A stretch of DNA of 64,000 nucleotides from Leucoraja erinacea (lineage: Eukaryota): positions 14,632,001 to 14,696,000 of the forward strand of contig NC_073382.1 of the NCBI RefSeq assembly GCF_028641065.1, read 5' to 3'. The position numbers were made by a program, and so were the translations under genes. This document shows positions 60,616-64,000 of the stretch, in pieces. The notes below the pieces were generated by a model. The model worked only from the letters and a program-made list of their open reading frames with translations, did no database searches and was not told the origin of the DNA. Each line of letters opens with the position of its first letter. Positions within the stretch are counted from its first letter, which is position 1.

Positions 60616-62669
60616 ATTTGCCTTCTTTCTACCTCACTTGCGAGCTGTTTAACGATATAAACATTTCACAAAGTCTCGGATGTGAAATTGAAGCGTCTTC
60701 CGACTTCAATTGAATGGTGCCGAGGGCTTGAGCGTGTAAACAGGCAGGCAGCACTTTCGAAGGAGTTTACAATTGCGGCACCCTTTTGTTTCCTGTCCGG
60801 CACTTTGGAGCTAAAATGTCACAACTTTTATTTGAGGCGAACTAACGTGGTAACTCGACCTGCCCTCCAGTCTGCTTTTCGAAAGTCAAATCGCCAAATG
60901 AAAGGCAGACGTTTCAATCCATCGTAACAATTAAAAACAAATGATAGATAGGGGCGAATGGAAAAAGGCTGCTTTAAAAAATTAGGATGACAAGAATTCA
61001 ACTCAGTTTCAGGGGGCGATTCGGCAGCTTGTATGAGTCGGACAGAAAGGGCTGCACATTTGTTGTAGAAGTGCTATTTAAAAGTCGTTAAAAAAGAAAC
61101 TATTATGCTCCTGCTCACAGACTACATGCCATTATTCGGCTCAGTAATTATGACGATGATGAATTTTGCGAGCCATCGTCAGAAAGTAGACCGCACCAAT
61201 AATCTCTGTACCCTTATCCCCGAGGGTACTCGCTATCTAACCCGAACTAAGTTTACTAGGGATCTCCATCATAACGTTTTAAGTTGCTGGCGAAATAAAC
61301 CAACCTGGTCAGAATTTATTGTTGCAGACAGATATTATCCCTTGGAGAATGTTTATTGACGTATGCTTTACTTAATTATTTCCATTGATTTATAGCGCGG
61401 CTGTCACAGGGCATAAACAGATAGTGTTACACCTATCCTTTTAATGCCGTCTTAATGTTTTGTTTAAATGTTAAAGCAAATGGCCCATGACTGCTTTGAT
61501 TACAGATTTTATCTAAGTAATATGTTACAGAGGTTTAAAGTAAAACATGGTTGGGTTTGTGTTGGGGTGGGGGTGGGGGCGACGGGGGACGTGTGGAATG
61601 GGGAGCTGGGGATTTGCATTCCAGCCATGTTGGTAACAATCCAAATGGACCCGGATCCTCCAACTCCTCTCGGTACAAAAATCTTTATCTCCAAACGTCA
61701 GGTTTAGCCAAATGGATGCGTGGCATTGTCCTAAGCCATTTTGGTTATCGAAAGCAGAGTTTACAAAAACAAGGCGGAGTGCAGCCAAGTGGACAGGCAA
61801 ACACTCCGGCCATTTAAGGCCGTGTTTGGGCGGTGGTTGAACGAAATGTTTTTTTTAACAAGGTCATTTATTCATGTTTTAAAGAGTGTCGACGGGACCT
61901 AAAATAAAACATGGCATTGGGTAGGGAATGCTAACTTCTTTCCGAATGATCTGTAAACACGGTTATTACAGAGGGGGGCGGGGGGATAAAATACAATTAA
62001 TTGGTCATTCGCACCACGTAGCATTTGCAAGGACAACTTTCTTTGCTTTGGTTATGCTGGAAGCTGGTGAGGTTCATCTTGCTGCCAATCCCAGCACCCA
62101 CGACCAGTGCAGCTAGAATTCTGTTAACGACCAGTCACGCTACCAAGTTCACAGCGAGCCGGGTCGCCGAAACTGATTTCGCCATTGCATTTGAGAAACT
62201 GCTTTTGGACAAGGCAATAAATAGGCACGCATGTGTAACCCAGGACATAAACACGCACTGCAGTGATGATGTGCGTTCGAAAAGTTAATTGCCATAATAG
62301 TGTGATTTCTAAAAGTGCTTCTGCCCGTTTGACAGAATATGTGTTGCCCTCCTAATTTTTCAGAAATTGAGTAGATCGAAAAGTTTATGGGCCTGGGGCT
62401 CAGAAGTTGTGTTACACCGGGGAATTGCTTGACGTTTCTGCCGTAGTTGGGAATTATATTAGAATTCGCTTGCGTTGTTCAAAGGTTATAAAGCTAAGTA
62501 TTTTCACAAGAAAGTGTAGCTTTATCCCTATATTATATTGAATCGTATTTATGTGAAATAGGTGGTCTGGTCAACTTTAACTTTAGCTGAATTGGCCTTT
62601 ATATCACGGGAAAAGTGTAAACAGCAGATTGAACAGGTTCATATTGTCAGAAGAACTGCTGGAGGGACA

Positions 62670-62792
62670 CTAGATGAACGATCCCGACTCGAAACGTCGA
62701 CTGTCCATTTCCCTCCACAGATACTGTCTGACTCTTCGAGTTCCTCCAGCAGCTCTCTTTTTAGTTGCTACAGATTCTAGCATCTGCAGTCT
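62670..62792 (+). mobile_element. Old Penelope terminal-repeat remnant in the ZIC5 intron
   Basis: 'gactcgaaacgtcgactgtccatttccctccacagatactg...gagttcctccagcag...gattctagcatctgcagtc'. Confidence 0.6.
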
Positions 62793-64000
62793 CGCATGCC
62801 CCATATTGTCAGGAGTGTGCTGTCAAGTTCAAATGGGTGTTGTTTACTCGCCAAGACATGAATGAGGTTATGTTTGAGGGCGAAGTCATTTTTACCAATC
62901 AAGTGCTTTCTGGATCCGGGCTTTCACAAGAACGTCAGTAATTCTCGCCTAACATGTTGCTTACGGCCAGAAAGCAGACTAAGCGGCGGGCCAATCGAAG
63001 TGCCAGGTTAGGGCCAGCCTGTGGGATTCGAATACTACATCGAGCTGCTGTGGTTCATAAAGCTAAATATAAATATTTATGTGTACAAATAGAACCAACC
63101 TGTCAAAGTACCGAACAGCGCCTCTGGCCTTTGCGTTGTTTCAATATTATCCCAAACACCGCGAAAAAAAAAATCATAAGACGCACCGAAATCAAGGACA
63201 GTTTTTTAATTGAATGCCAGGTTGCAATCTGAGTTCGTCAGATTCAATCATATTATGATGAACAGGAAGATACACTTTTTAATGACGAAAAGTGTGTCGT
63301 CCACGAAGATGGTCACAGATTCAGTCTTATTTTCATTCAATTCCACCAGTCCAGATAGCTCATCAAATCTTTTATCAGAATGCATCTCAAAATAAACAAT
63401 AATGCATCTGATGAAAGTTCGAATTCTATTTAAGGCTTGATTGCTGAAATGATGGCGGAAGGGAAAAGGGTGGCGAGGTGGATTTGAGATATTGTCCCAT
63501 TATTTGCTTCTGTTGGGGTGGTTGGGAAATGTCAATGCAACACAACTAACCCTTAAATATTGTAGATCTGATTACGTTTTGCCGAAGTAACAGAAGTTCG
63601 GATACTCCATTTCAGAAAATGCAAGAAAGTGTGCGAGGGCAAAGCCCAGAATTGATGATCAACTGCTTTAAAAAAATGTAAACTCCAGATGCTTGTAAAC
63701 GTCGGAGGACATTATCACTGTCTTTGCAATTACATTGATTGTACAAAAAAATAAAATAAAAGTCGGAAGTTTAAAATAGGTGGATTGAAACTTCTAGCCA
63801 ACAGTGTTTGACCATCACATCAGGGACTGGCAGAAAACGTGGGAGAGTCTCCTCTATGTTCCGCTGCAGACAGCTGTACATCTCGGGTTGCAAACAGAAT
63901 CGAGATATTTTCAAGGAAATCAAAATATTTGATTTGAACGCTCTGTTGAGGTTCGTCAGAATTGGCGAGTAACTCAAATGCTTTTTCGAAAGTAAAAGTG

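Noticed and set aside
60616-64000. ZIC5 exon 2 (expected [27 protein letters not shown])
   Set aside because: No matching sequence or ORF was seen; presumably lies beyond 64000.

Overview
Vertebrate genomic DNA, most likely from a cartilaginous fish, probably a skate or ray. This is inferred from the CR1/V-SINE/Penelope repeat complement and the ancestral-type ZIC proteins. The window covers the conserved PCCA-ZIC2-ZIC5 block: PCCA coding exons 1-3 (minus strand, CpG-island promoter at about 25.9 kb), the complete three-exon ZIC2 (minus, 452 aa) and exon 1 of the divergently transcribed ZIC5 (plus). The left ~37 kb is dense in transposons: CR1 and Rex1-like LINEs, a Vingi/Ingi-like LINE, Penelope-like elements, V-SINEs and non-autonomous Helitrons. 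The right ~26 kb around the ZIC pair is almost transposon-free. The strongest observation is a 138-bp retroposon in PCCA intron 1 with an 11-bp target-site duplication (TSD) and a (GAA)n tail. Its first 54 nt fold into an HDV-like ribozyme, with the predicted cleavage site exactly at the element's 5' edge and in PCCA-sense orientation. Also notable are TSD-flanked Penelope-derived hairpin insertions carrying minimal hammerhead motifs, and a four-level nested retrotransposon stack. There are two N-gaps. Repeat boundaries without a TSD are approximate, and all family assignments come from remembered motifs, not database searches.
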